64,000 nt of DNA from an uncultured virus (IMG/VR IMGVR_UViG_3300009838_000017) (Duplodnaviria > Heunggongvirae > Uroviricota > Caudoviricetes): the IMG/VR virus record IMGVR_UViG_3300009838_000017, positions 62,001-126,000 of that record. The stretch is one strand, 5' to 3'. The position numbers and the translations under genes are program-made. Below, piece after piece: positions 1 through 10,066 of this stretch; positions within the stretch are counted from its first letter, which is position 1; each line of letters opens with the position of its first letter. The notes beneath the pieces are model-generated. The model searched no databases, was not told where the DNA came from, and saw nothing but the letters and a program-made list of their open reading frames with translations.

Positions 1-2567
1 TATGCTGAGTCACTGAGGTACCCGCCACCACTGAAGTACCCAGTTGTTCCGGTAATGATAGCGTGGAGCCTCTCAGACCAGCACCAAATGAAGTCACACT
101 GGACCCCACCAGCAGACCGCCTCCTGACAAGAGATACATCGGTCGAGCTTGTGATCGTCCCAGCATTGTAGCTACTGGTCCCATACGTAGTCAGACCGGA
201 GACTGAGTCATAGATAATCTGAAGTGCAGCCGTGTTGCTGAAGGCGAGGTCATTGTAGCCCCAGCACCCAATAGCAATGCTGTATGAGTTGTAACTCTGA
301 ATATCCCCAACAGCAATGGAAGGGTGAACCGTGTACTGTTGGAACCCATACGGAGAGATCACCCTTGGGGATCCGTACCGAATAGAGTACCTCTGGGCAA
401 CAGGCTGATGGGTGTCCTGGGCACGATAGGTTAGGGCATCGTAGTAGCTTCGTGGGCCAACCCCAGAAGACCCGGAGAACTCCTCAGTCCAAGTGAAGAC
501 ATACTCATCCAACACCGGATGGTGAGCCGCCCTCGGGTAGTGCCCTGAGGTCAGGTTTGACGAGTTTGGAGAGGTCAACGTGAAGAACTTCCCAGCGGAG
601 TTCTTCACGTTGATCCCTAGCCCAGGAAGAACTCTGGTGCCATCCAACCGGATCTCGTTGAACCAGATTGAGTTGGAGGTGGCATCCGCAACGAAAGTGC
701 CCCAGACCCTTCGAGCACTGTTCCAGACGATGCAGTAGCCCTCAACCTTGAAGGACTCAGGGAACTCGTACCCAGAAATCGGGATGTACGGAGTCCCATT
801 GACATCTACAGTTGTGGGATCGTAGGTCCCATAGCGGTTGTTAGGACCGATCTTCAACGAACATGAGTTCAGGTCGAGGACGGTCCCATACCCCTCACCC
901 TCTAGGGTGACACCCGGTGGAATGAAGATGTGGTCAGCCGTATTCCGGTAGACACCCCGACGAAGGTGAACGGTGGAATACTGCCCCTGCTGAAAAGCCT
1001 CAAGAAGGGCATTCTGGAGCGGGATATAGGTGTTTGGGAGACCCGATGAGGCGGCAGACCCGTCGTGGGAGTTGTTGTAGTCTCCGCTAGGGTGAGTCAT
1101 CCCACCAACGGTAATCTTGGTCTTCTCCTCAATCCGGGTCTCAAAGGGGTAGTCATAGCCCGGATACTGAATCATCCGGATCTTGCCGTCTTGTCGGATT
1201 CGGAAACCCCTGAAAGGATCGCCACTAGACCAAAGAACAGCGTTACTAGCCCCGAAGTCTACCTTGGGGGTGATGTCCTCATTAGGACTGGACCCCCACC
1301 CAGATGCCTCAGCGTCCAAGGCACGGACGTAGAAGTCGTTCCCCTGGGAAGTCGTTCCAAGGAGGAGGGCTCCAGGATTGAAGCCATTCGCATCACTTGA
1401 AAGCTCAAGTCGGACCCTAGCCGGTGTCTGATACTTGTTCTGGTTGCTCCGACTGACATAGACAGAAGAAGCGGACCCTTTGGTCAAGGTCTTGTCTGCT
1501 GCCCAGTAGACCGCCCAGAGTTGGAGACGGCCAGTCGTGGTGTTCACCCCTCCGTTGCCCCCAGTGGGCTTCACATCGTTGCCCGCAAGGGGTGGAGTCG
1601 AGAACCGGAAGACACCCGCCTTGTAGTCGATAGTCATCCGCTGATCGGCATCAGGGATCGTACCGTCGATACGGGGGTTCTTCGGGAGGGGGGCGTTCCA
1701 GTCTGGACCCGAACCATCCGGCAAGCTCCGGTAGATGATGGGACGGTAGCCCACCAGGTCCAGAGAGCTACCAGGACCCGCTGGGGGCTGGTAGATTGCG
1801 TCCGCCCTGTCGATTGCCTCACCCCCTGAGAACGAGGGTGAGACCAGGTCCGTGACCCGGTCGATGTTGATCTGATCGAGGGTGGGGGCGGAGATGGTAT
1901 GCAGCAGAGAATCAGGGCTGACTGCAAGGAAAGTCTGCTCCCGACCCAACGGACCAGAACCAGGAACCGCAAAGAGCTGGACAGCACCCTGCCTAACCAC
2001 TGCATAGGAGTAGGGCTCAGCGCTTACCTCAAGAGCTGTGGTTGGAGAGTTGTTGGGGGCCTGTACGCTCGACAGGACCAAGCTATAGATCGGCCAGGAC
2101 CCCGGAGTGTTGCCCACATAGGAAATAACGCCAGTGGCATTGGCGTTCCCATCACTCCCATCCAGACGGCTCTTGATGAGAAGAAGGTCCCCACTCTGAA
2201 CCAGACTGAAGTCAGTATCAATGCTGGAGTCCTGGAGTTCCAAGGTTCCGATGGCAATACCAGTAGACCCGCTGGTGATGAACTTGGGGCCGTACCACCT
2301 GACCGACTCGGCTACGAAACTGCTCGGCTGAGTGGAAGAGAGGAGGAACGGTACGGGAGTCGTGGGTGGGCGGATAGCCCACACGTCGTCCAGGAAAACT
2401 GCTGGCCCGGAGTAGAACCTCTCATCGTTGATCGAACCAGCGTTCGACTCGTCACCAACGGTCAGAGCCTTCCCGCCAGCAAAGAAGTCAGCCTTGCGAA
2501 GCTGCTCCAGCTCACGGCGAGTCAGGTTCGAGTAAGTTGCCCCGGTCGAGGTGTGGGAAGTAGCCAT
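1..2567 (-). CDS. Tail fibre/tailspike-like protein, partial (runs off left edge; absent from the supplied ORF track)
   Basis: Hand translation from ATG at 2567 (MATSHTSTGATYSNLTRRELEQLRKADFF...) stays open for 855 codons to the window edge. AAGGA RBS-like sequence lies upstream. Contains IPLQNALLEAFQQGQYSTVHLRRGVYR...IFIPPGVTLEGEGYGTVL, resembling the entry into a pectate-lyase-like beta-helix. Confidence 0.8.
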   Translation of the reverse strand, partial: MATSHTSTGATYSNLTRRELEQLRKADFFAGGKALTVGDESNAGSINDERFYSGPAVFLDDVWAIRPPTTPVPFLLSSTQPSSFVAESVRWYGPKFITSGSTGIAIGTLELQDSSIDTDFSLVQSGDLLLIKSRLDGSDGNANATGVISYVGNTPGSWPIYSLVLSSVQAPNNSPTTALEVSAEPYSYAVVRQGAVQLFAVPGSGPLGREQTFLAVSPDSLLHTISAPTLDQINIDRVTDLVSPSFSGGEAIDRADAIYQPPAGPGSSLDLVGYRPIIYRSLPDGSGPDWNAPLPKNPRIDGTIPDADQRMTIDYKAGVFRFSTPPLAGNDVKPTGGNGGVNTTTGRLQLWAVYWAADKTLTKGSASSVYVSRSNQNKYQTPARVRLELSSDANGFNPGALLLGTTSQGNDFYVRALDAEASGWGSSPNEDITPKVDFGASNAVLWSSGDPFRGFRIRQDGKIRMIQYPGYDYPFETRIEEKTKITVGGMTHPSGDYNNSHDGSAASSGLPNTYIPLQNALLEAFQQGQYSTVHLRRGVYRNTADHIFIPPGVTLEGEGYGTVLDLNSCSLKIGPNNRYGTYDPTTVDVNGTPYIPISGYEFPESFKVEGYCIVWNSARRVWGTFVADATSNSIWFNEIRLDGTRVLPGLGINVKNSAGKFFTLTSPNSSNLTSGHYPRAAHHPVLDEYVFTWTEEFSGSSGVGPRSYYDALTYRAQDTHQPVAQRYSIRYGSPRVISPYGFQQYTVHPSIAVGDIQSYNSYSIAIGCWGYNDLAFSNTAALQIIYDSVSGLTTYGTSSYNAGTITSSTDVSLVRRRSAGGVQCDFIWCWSERLHAIITGTTGYFSGGGYLSDSA

Positions 2568-2598
2568 GCGGTCCTTGCGTCCTTGCGTTAGGCCGTAG

Positions 2599-2611
2599 CC
2601 ATAAAAGGTTC
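2599..2611 (-). promoter_or_regulatory. Candidate phage late-promoter motif (GAACCTTTTATGG)
   Basis: Intergenic, 31 nt upstream of ATG 2567; similar pyrimidine-rich ...YTAT motif in several other intergenic gaps. Confidence 0.45.
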
Positions 2612-2634
2612 CGGGAACAATGCGAAGAGGCCGA

Positions 2635-4794
2635 TCACGTAGGTGCCGCCCAATCGATCCCCTGGAGAGTCAGGCTCTCCCCTGTGCCGTTCTTGATGAG
2701 TGTAACCCGAACGAACAAGAGGTACTTGCCCTCTGAGTTCGGAGCAGTCATCGACCCGCCTGTGCTGTAGGTGACCGTTGTGACCCCCCCAGCCTCAACC
2801 ACTCCAACCTTACACCCACGAAAGTCCTGGGTCTTGTCGTTGTCCGGAGTTCCGTCAGACCGGCCAAGGTCGAGCCACCCGGTAACCCCAGGGATCTTGA
2901 TCTGGACTACAGCCCCGCCCGTGTGGTCCGTGATTTCATTGGGGTCCGGAGTGTTGGCAGCATTGAAGGCGGCTGCTGAAAGTCCGGTGAGCAGGATCTT
3001 CCCACTGTTCCTTGAGATCCCCGTATTGAACGCACGAACGTACCGACGCTTCGTGTTGGCCGCATCAGCCCCATAGATTGCAGAGTAGTCCCTTCCGGCT
3101 TGCGTTGGCTTGTACTGGGAGGCCGAGAAGTTGGTGGTCGGGTAGACCAGACGACCAGAGTACACTTGAAGAGCCCCTGAAGCTATGGCCCCAGCCGAGT
3201 CAAAGACGTTTCCACCCGCTGGCTGGATCGGAGCACTCCCCAGTGGAGCGTTGTAGCTGCTGATGTAGCGATATGACTCACTGACGAAGGACTCTTTCAC
3301 CTCGGTGGTGAGGGTGGCCTCGTTGTAGGCAGGGTTGACAAGGTATCGCTCAGTGCTGGTCACATCCACAGCAGAACTGAATGAACCCCTCCAACGAACC
3401 GTCACCTGAGCGTTGGGGTAAACCGGCTTCGGAAGCGGGCTGACCACCGTGAGGGCTGCTTGAGTTGCATTGGAGAGTCGGGCAACAGAGGCCGGGTCCG
3501 GAGGGTTGGAGAGGGAGAACGGGGTCCCCCCAGAGTTGTCGGAGACGTTGGACCCATCAAACAATGGGTAAGTCCAGGTAGTCCCATTGAAGTTGGACAT
3601 GATGGCCTGGACCACGGGGAGGGCCGACACATACTCAAGGGGAACCGAGACTGAAGGGGACGTGTTGGTGAGGAACGAGTTGCTGAAGACGTTGGCTGCT
3701 GTGGACAGCAAGTTCACCTGGAATGCCGTACTGTTGTAGTAGGCGATCCCGGAGAGATTCATCGTGGTAGTGGTCCCAGCAGGGGACGTGGTGAGGGTGG
3801 CACCAGTAGGCCCAGACCCACTCAATGTGTCGGTAAACACGTTGGCCCTGATCACATTGTCGTAGGCGGCTGCATCCGAGGGGACTGCCGAGTAACACTT
3901 GGAAGTGACCAGATTCCCCGCTGTGAGGCTTGCAGGCTGGATGGAGGCAAGCGTTGTGGCGTAGGTCTCCTTCCAGTGAACCAGGAGGTAGCTCCCAGAG
4001 TTCCCAGCCGTGATAGACACTGGGAAGCGATACTTCCCAAGCTGGTAGGCATAGAAGTTGGACCCGAAGGCTGTGTACTGCCCGCCTGGGTAGCTGTTTT
4101 GGTAGGGGAGCCTGTCGATCAGGGTGATGGCATCAAGCCCTGACCCGGAGGGGGTGTAGTTAGTCTGCCCAGAGGACCTGGTGGCCTCAATGAAGTTGGC
4201 ACTTGCGACCCCCGCTGGAGCCGAAGCACTTGACCCCAACCAAAGGGCCGAGATCAAGGTGGTCTCTGCCGGGTTGAAGAAGTCGCTGTTGGTCGTTCGG
4301 TAGACAGCAAGGACCCCTCGGTCGGCCGGGAAGACCATTCCCCCAATAGTCTGAGTGCCGATGCTCCCGACAGGGGTCAGGTACTTCGTCACGATAGCGG
4401 CTGTCCCAGACTTGAACCCTCCACGGATGGCCGATCCACCCACCGTCAAGGCTGGCGTCCAGTTGGTGAGGCCGGAGTTCGGGATGGCTCCCGAGTCGTA
4501 GCCGATCTTGTCTGGCTTCACTGGGAGGAGGTCAGACAGGGCCGTGAGGGCGTCCATGACGCTCTCCCCGTCATAGGGTCCACCAGCCGAAGCCAAGAGA
4601 GCCTGCCCCGTATTCGGGTTGACCTCGGGGATGCCAACCGCCCAAGACATGTGGGCATCCACGGGGTCGTTGATGTGGGCCTCAAGGTCGCCAGCACCCC
4701 CTACCGGGAAGGATAGCGCCGAAGCTGGAACCTGACCGGCTGAGAGCTTTCCAGGTCCAGGATTGACGAAAGAGGGTGACTTGTTGGACGGCAT
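2635..4794 (-). CDS. Virion structural protein (tail fibre/baseplate-associated), 719 aa
   Basis: Long ORF, Ser/Thr/Gly-rich beta composition; AHINDPVDAH motif of the kind seen in fibre proteins; tightly coupled to the upstream gene. Confidence 0.7.
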   Translation of the reverse strand: MPSNKSPSFVNPGPGKLSAGQVPASALSFPVGGAGDLEAHINDPVDAHMSWAVGIPEVNPNTGQALLASAGGPYDGESVMDALTALSDLLPVKPDKIGYDSGAIPNSGLTNWTPALTVGGSAIRGGFKSGTAAIVTKYLTPVGSIGTQTIGGMVFPADRGVLAVYRTTNSDFFNPAETTLISALWLGSSASAPAGVASANFIEATRSSGQTNYTPSGSGLDAITLIDRLPYQNSYPGGQYTAFGSNFYAYQLGKYRFPVSITAGNSGSYLLVHWKETYATTLASIQPASLTAGNLVTSKCYSAVPSDAAAYDNVIRANVFTDTLSGSGPTGATLTTSPAGTTTTMNLSGIAYYNSTAFQVNLLSTAANVFSNSFLTNTSPSVSVPLEYVSALPVVQAIMSNFNGTTWTYPLFDGSNVSDNSGGTPFSLSNPPDPASVARLSNATQAALTVVSPLPKPVYPNAQVTVRWRGSFSSAVDVTSTERYLVNPAYNEATLTTEVKESFVSESYRYISSYNAPLGSAPIQPAGGNVFDSAGAIASGALQVYSGRLVYPTTNFSASQYKPTQAGRDYSAIYGADAANTKRRYVRAFNTGISRNSGKILLTGLSAAAFNAANTPDPNEITDHTGGAVVQIKIPGVTGWLDLGRSDGTPDNDKTQDFRGCKVGVVEAGGVTTVTYSTGGSMTAPNSEGKYLLFVRVTLIKNGTGESLTLQGIDWAAPT

Positions 4795-4797
4795 CTC

Positions 4798-7449
4798 TCA
4801 GCTTCTCCGGTTGAGGAGGTTCCCGGAAACCCGGTAGACACTCGCAATGGTCGTGTTGTCGGTGTCGAGGACCTTGATGCTGTTCTCCGCATCAAACTCC
4901 GCCCATCGAACGAAGTTCACAAGAAGGAGCGTCCCCTTCCTCCCCAGGGTCGTGTCCGAGGCGGTCTCCATCAAGGTCGGTAGGATGACCTTGTGGACAC
5001 GAGCATCCGAGAGTGGTGGCCCGAAGGCATTGGGCTTGTACCCAGCAGAGAAGGTCGGGAAGTAGGTTCGGTCCTCGATGTCAGCATCGCTCAGGCTCCG
5101 GGTGAAGGACACCGACTCCGAGTCAGGGACGTAAGGGATGTAGGTCGGTACCTTCAGGAAGCCCGTCGAAGCGTTGAACTCAGCTACGTAGATGTTCTCC
5201 GAGCCGTCAAGCTCGTACTCCCCACCGAAGGTACCCACGCTCTTGATGATGCCGCCGGTCTGAACGTAGGCTTGGGGGTAGGGGTAGCCCTCCCCCTGAG
5301 ACCCAGACCCAGTCGTGATGGAGTACAGGTTAGGGGAAATCCACCTCGGGATCAGGGCCAGCTCCGTTCCAAGGATAGTCCCTCGAATCGTCTGGGGCGC
5401 CCTGGTCTCATAGTAGATCGTGAACTGCACCCCAGGGGTAACCATCGACGTAGACTGGGGGATAGGGCGAAGGGCCTCGTAGTCTACCTCAATCACATCG
5501 AACGGAGTTGCAGCAGAGCTGAGCTGGACCTTCCGACGGTCATCCCCCACCAAGAGTGCCCCCGGATCAGGGGTACTGTTGACCCTTACCTCAACCAGAG
5601 TCTTCACTCGTTCCGGCAAGATGAGCTGGTCCATCGGATTGGTGGACTCAGCCGTGGTAGTGAACGTCAGTTGGCTTGTCCGATACTGGAGCTGAACCTG
5701 ACGATGGGTGTAGTCGAGAACCTGGGTGTCGATGGCAGCGTAAGATATCGGGGCAGAAGCCGACAACGCCGAGGGGTTGTTGATCGAGAAAGAGGCACTA
5801 TCGTAGTCGTTCGTTGGTGTCTTCGCCAAACCCTGACCTGGCGGGTAGGCAATCAAGAGGTCGATGTACATCGGCTCTGTGGTTGCTGAGTCTGGCGGGA
5901 TCCCCAGCGTGATGACGATGTTCCCCGGAGGATAGCTGCAAAGCCCCTGGATGTTGGTGACAGGGAAGGGGACCACTGAGGTATTCCCCAAGGCGGAGAA
6001 CCCAATGTCGAGACCCTTCTGGGTCCCCAGTGGTCCTTGAATCCTTGCCCGAAGGATGTCGATGATCCGTGTCCCAGAAGGCGCCCTTGTCAGGAACCCG
6101 ATGGTTGCAGGGAACGGGTACTGGGAGATCAGGGAGGGGCTGATCGTCACCTGGGTCCCAACCTGCCAAGTCGGAGTCGAGACGTTGGGATCACCAGGAG
6201 TGATCTTGAACGTCATGACCTCATAGTTGGGCCGGTCGGTGAAGAACCTACGGGTACAGTCGAACTGACCGATGAACTCAGCCCCAGGGGTGTCCCCTGT
6301 GATGGTCCCGTCCCCAGGAAGGGTCCCAACCTCATCCGCCCAAAGGTAGGTGTGCCCAGAGATCCCTCCGCCATTCGGAGTTGTCCCCCACTCGGTCTTC
6401 AACTTATTGTCAAGTAGAATCCCAAAGTTCTTCTCAAGGACCTCTCGATAGTCCCACCCGCTGGTGGAGACTGCCTGGCGAAGATCCGCCAAGTCAGTGC
6501 CAACAAAGATGTCGCTGAGAAGGCCATCTGGACGATCTGACGGTCCAGGAGAGACCACTCCCCCGTTATGATTCAGGTTCTTCTTGAAGGATGTCGTATT
6601 CCGCCTGAATACTGCGCACAGTGGGATGGCATACATGTAACCATCCACAGTACCAAGGGCATTGCTTGGAATACCGTCCCCAGCCACCCATAGACCAGGG
6701 TCTCCATAGGCACTCTGGTTGTAGTAGACGAAGGTCGAGGCCACTCCATCTGGTGCAGAGGAGGAGGCTGGGACCGAATGTGCCACCACAACAGGGTCAT
6801 CAATCCCGTAGGGGTAGCCAAAGAGGTCCACTCCAGCAATGACCCGAAGACGGTACTGAATCTGGACCCTCTTGGTGGTCTCGGCCCCAACTACGGAGTC
6901 GAGCATCTGGTCCTGATAGTTCAGGGTGGCATCATCGACAGAGGACACCCCGACGTTGCCGTTCCTCCAAATACGACCGGTAGGGCTCTTCCCATCCCCA
7001 GTAGAGGGGCCAATGAGCCTACGCCAGACCTCCAGAATGACCAGGTCCGTTCGCTTGGCCCCGTTCCCTGTTGGGCCAACGGGAAGCGTCAACTGATTGG
7101 AGCTGGCATTCCCGGTGTAAGCCACCAAGACGGGCCAGCCATTCACCAGAGCCTTCAGGTTGTTCGCAAGGAGCAACGTGTTTGCGATAGGGCTCGGGAT
7201 GAAGATCGACCCAGACCCACCCATAGGGTCTGAGGAGTTGATGTGTACGTCGGTGAGCCACCCAGAAGGAGCAATCGACCTTGCTAGGTCAAGAGCGTAC
7301 CCACTGTCTATGTCTTGGGCAAGGTTGAGTTCCTTGTCCAAGACTGGCTTACCAGCTTGAAAGACCGTTGTCTCAAAGGCCCTTCCATCTGGAAGTAGGT
7401 AGCCACTGACTGCCGGTCCAAAGTTTCGTCCGTTCCCACCTGAAGGCAT
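4798..7449 (-). CDS. Baseplate/tail-fibre attachment protein, 883 aa
   Basis: N-terminal VFQAGKPVLDKELNLAQD and RTDLVILEVW...ETTKRVQIQYRLRV motifs, typical of myophage/CIS baseplate-fibre proteins; GGAG RBS. Confidence 0.7.
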   Translation of the reverse strand: MPSGGNGRNFGPAVSGYLLPDGRAFETTVFQAGKPVLDKELNLAQDIDSGYALDLARSIAPSGWLTDVHINSSDPMGGSGSIFIPSPIANTLLLANNLKALVNGWPVLVAYTGNASSNQLTLPVGPTGNGAKRTDLVILEVWRRLIGPSTGDGKSPTGRIWRNGNVGVSSVDDATLNYQDQMLDSVVGAETTKRVQIQYRLRVIAGVDLFGYPYGIDDPVVVAHSVPASSSAPDGVASTFVYYNQSAYGDPGLWVAGDGIPSNALGTVDGYMYAIPLCAVFRRNTTSFKKNLNHNGGVVSPGPSDRPDGLLSDIFVGTDLADLRQAVSTSGWDYREVLEKNFGILLDNKLKTEWGTTPNGGGISGHTYLWADEVGTLPGDGTITGDTPGAEFIGQFDCTRRFFTDRPNYEVMTFKITPGDPNVSTPTWQVGTQVTISPSLISQYPFPATIGFLTRAPSGTRIIDILRARIQGPLGTQKGLDIGFSALGNTSVVPFPVTNIQGLCSYPPGNIVITLGIPPDSATTEPMYIDLLIAYPPGQGLAKTPTNDYDSASFSINNPSALSASAPISYAAIDTQVLDYTHRQVQLQYRTSQLTFTTTAESTNPMDQLILPERVKTLVEVRVNSTPDPGALLVGDDRRKVQLSSAATPFDVIEVDYEALRPIPQSTSMVTPGVQFTIYYETRAPQTIRGTILGTELALIPRWISPNLYSITTGSGSQGEGYPYPQAYVQTGGIIKSVGTFGGEYELDGSENIYVAEFNASTGFLKVPTYIPYVPDSESVSFTRSLSDADIEDRTYFPTFSAGYKPNAFGPPLSDARVHKVILPTLMETASDTTLGRKGTLLLVNFVRWAEFDAENSIKVLDTDNTTIASVYRVSGNLLNRRS

Positions 7450-7465
7450 CTCGTGATCTCCTCAA

Positions 7466-8113
7466 TCAGAAGGTGAGGCGCCAGACGATTTCCAGCGTAG
7501 AAGTGGCAGGTTTGTTGATCACCGGGAAAGTGAGGTAGTTCACCATGGTCTCCCTCTCCCGGAGGTCAACCAGAGGATCATAGGGTCCGTTGGGGGGCGT
7601 CACCGGGTTCCGAACCGAAAGGTTCGTTGAGATGTACCCTCCAAGCAATCCCATCTCCACCAGTGGCCCAACCGCCTCAGACTCGGTAAAGATCGTCGTG
7701 TAGTCCACCACGTTGGTTGGAATCGCCGTAGGAATGCCTCCAGCGTCAATGAACTGGGTCTGGGAAAAGGTCTTCCGAGTCAGCTCCGAGTAGAGCGCCC
7801 GCTGAGTGTTCGTAGGAGCCGGAGGGGATAGAGGGTTCCACCCAGAGTCCCCTGTACCCATCGCCAGAACGAAGACGCTCTTGGCTGGCTCCTGGTTGTC
7901 CTTCATGAGGCGGGCAACCAGGATGCTGGCATCCTTGACGATGAGGTTCCTGTGCTCCCGCTTGGCCTGGATTTCTCCAGACTGCCCATCCCGGAGCGTC
8001 ATGAACACGTCTCCACGGACGATGCAGCCAACCCGCTCTTCGTACTTGGGCCGTAGGGCTCCGAAGACTGCTGACCCCACTCGTGCAAACGCTTCTTTGA
8101 GCTGCATGTTCAT
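7466..8113 (-). CDS. Tail-collar/fibre adaptor-like protein, 215 aa
   Basis: NLIV...AMGTG...LYSELTRK...EAVGPLVEMGL...INKPATSTLEIVWRLTF pattern typical of tail-collar fibre N-terminal domains; GGAG RBS. Confidence 0.7.
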   Translation of the reverse strand: MNMQLKEAFARVGSAVFGALRPKYEERVGCIVRGDVFMTLRDGQSGEIQAKREHRNLIVKDASILVARLMKDNQEPAKSVFVLAMGTGDSGWNPLSPPAPTNTQRALYSELTRKTFSQTQFIDAGGIPTAIPTNVVDYTTIFTESEAVGPLVEMGLLGGYISTNLSVRNPVTPPNGPYDPLVDLRERETMVNYLTFPVINKPATSTLEIVWRLTF

Positions 8114-8175
8114 CTGCTCCGGTCTGTTCGTCTAGCCCACCCTCAGAGAGGGCTCCGAGCTTCAAACGGCCAGAG

Positions 8176-8188
8176 CTATAAGAAAAAC
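8176..8188 (-). promoter_or_regulatory. Candidate phage late-promoter motif (GTTTTTCTTATAG)
   Basis: AT-rich island in the intergenic gap 62 nt upstream of ATG 8113. Confidence 0.45.
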
Positions 8189-8200
8189 CACCAAGGTCCG

Positions 8201-10057
8201 TTACGAAGTCAGGGACAAGCCCTCGGACAAGGTGATCGACTCAAAGAGCCGTATGCCAATGCTTGAAGTCAGTGCTTCCGAATGGGTCATCGACTCGACC
8301 AAGTTGACCTGAACCACCGTTGACCCAGGTACAAGGTCGAAGTCGTCTTGTCGGGTCACCGTCTCATCCACACCTACCAGGACGCTCCGATCCGGGTGGA
8401 CCTCTTCGACCAATCCGAGGACCTCCATCGGGCTGACGAAGTGTTGAGTTGGCTCTACCACGGGATCGGGCAACGGAGACAGGTTGTTCACGGTGATGAA
8501 CGGATAGGGCGTCGCCGCTGAGGCATCAAACTGAGGCCAACCTCTGGAAGTGTGGTCATCCAAAGGGATAAAGTCCCCGACCGGTGGCATCGGGCTCTTG
8601 AACATGAGCCAACCAGGGCTGTTCAGCTTCGCCGTCCTTGTCGGGTCCTCCTCACGGAGCGTCAACCCAGCAATGATGTCCCCAAACAAGGGGACAGTTT
8701 CTTGAGGACGATTGGTAAGGTTGAACTTTGCCTCTCCTAGACGATAGAACTCGACGAAGAGAGAGGCGTTGTTCAGGGTTGAGGACGGAGAGGGGGTGGC
8801 AACAATACCACCCCCATGCGTATAGAGGGGCTTTGGGTCGGCTGGCTGTGGGAACCTGTAGGTGTCGTGTGCCTCGGTACAGGTCTTGACCCTGTCTACC
8901 TGAAGGATCGAGTTCGGGGATCCACCTGGAATGAGGGACGGGCTGAAAAATACAAGTCCCTGTGGGTTTCCGAACAGGTCCCCCAAACCTGCGTCCACAG
9001 CTTCAGTCTGGCTCTCAAGCCTTGGTAGGATCTCAAGGGCCTCGGACAGGTACACTCGATCAGACAGGCTCAACTCCACCGAGGATCTGGTGTCAACCCT
9101 CTTGGTGAAGTTGGCGAACTCATCAAGGCCGAAGCTCTCAGACACCGTGACGGCCTGAAGAGACTCGGTAAATCGTGTTCCGCTGGTTACAACAAGGGAC
9201 TCTGTGAAGCTCAGAATCTCTTGGAACGCATCGAATATGACCGTTGGTTCAATCCGGTACGGAACCAGCTCTACCGCAAGGGACTCCTCAAGACGGAAGA
9301 CTTCCGAGGCGGTTCGGTTGGGGTCCGGGGGTTGAGCCTGAACTTCCCCCGTGAACTTGGCTAGTGAAATCCTGGCAGTACGCTGAGGATTGTACCAGGT
9401 AATCTTCGAGGTGGCCGGGACCACTGTCATCTCGAAGGTCGTAAGCACCTTGTCCGAGACAGTGAGGGAGTAAGCAATCCCAGCGACCAAGGGGGATGCA
9501 AGCTGAAGGGTAACCCGAGTTGGGTTCACCATGAGGTTCGGCTGAACCTCCGTGACCTCCACTGGAACCCCGTCCGGGTCCAAAACAGCATAGCTCAGAG
9601 GCGAGAGGAAGTTCTCGTCTCCGATCATCTCCTGGTTGAAGACGATGAGAACCCCGTCCGGCCGGACTGCTTGAGCCCGAAGGCGCCCAACCTGAGGGAA
9701 ACCAGTGAACTCCTTGGAGCTTACAAGGGGGTTGAGTGTAGATCCAAAGATGCTCTCAACAACCTCGTTGACCCGGACACGATATAGTGTGTAGAACTGC
9801 TCGCTCGTGATGAGGCGTAGGGACAGTGGATTCGGGTCTGGTACGATCTTCTTGACTGGAAGGACCGTGGACTCACCAAGGACCCGCTCGATGTAGTAGT
9901 TGGAGGGGTCCTTGGTATCCGGAGAGTCAAGGTTGGGCTCCTCCGAGAAGGTCAGGGCGAGGGTGTACGGGTTGATCGCTGTGGCATCGACCAGTTGGAA
10001 GAGCGCAATTCCGCCCCCGTAGGGCGTCATTCCGAATGGCTTGCTACCGTAGGACAT
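8201..10057 (-). CDS. Virion appendage protein with two Ig-like domains and E-x-L repeats, 618 aa
   Basis: LTFSEEP...DPSNYYI and IVFNQEM...SPLSYAV are bacterial Ig-like (SbsA/Big-type) patterns; repeated ESLxLxE segments. Confidence 0.65.
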   Translation of the reverse strand: MSYGSKPFGMTPYGGGIALFQLVDATAINPYTLALTFSEEPNLDSPDTKDPSNYYIERVLGESTVLPVKKIVPDPNPLSLRLITSEQFYTLYRVRVNEVVESIFGSTLNPLVSSKEFTGFPQVGRLRAQAVRPDGVLIVFNQEMIGDENFLSPLSYAVLDPDGVPVEVTEVQPNLMVNPTRVTLQLASPLVAGIAYSLTVSDKVLTTFEMTVVPATSKITWYNPQRTARISLAKFTGEVQAQPPDPNRTASEVFRLEESLAVELVPYRIEPTVIFDAFQEILSFTESLVVTSGTRFTESLQAVTVSESFGLDEFANFTKRVDTRSSVELSLSDRVYLSEALEILPRLESQTEAVDAGLGDLFGNPQGLVFFSPSLIPGGSPNSILQVDRVKTCTEAHDTYRFPQPADPKPLYTHGGGIVATPSPSSTLNNASLFVEFYRLGEAKFNLTNRPQETVPLFGDIIAGLTLREEDPTRTAKLNSPGWLMFKSPMPPVGDFIPLDDHTSRGWPQFDASAATPYPFITVNNLSPLPDPVVEPTQHFVSPMEVLGLVEEVHPDRSVLVGVDETVTRQDDFDLVPGSTVVQVNLVESMTHSEALTSSIGIRLFESITLSEGLSLTS

Positions 10058-10066
10058 TGGGCTCCG

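Noticed and set aside
2571..2588. Tandem GCAAGGAC duplication upstream of the tailspike-like gene
   Set aside because: Only two 8-nt units overlapping the RBS region; most simply a slippage duplication
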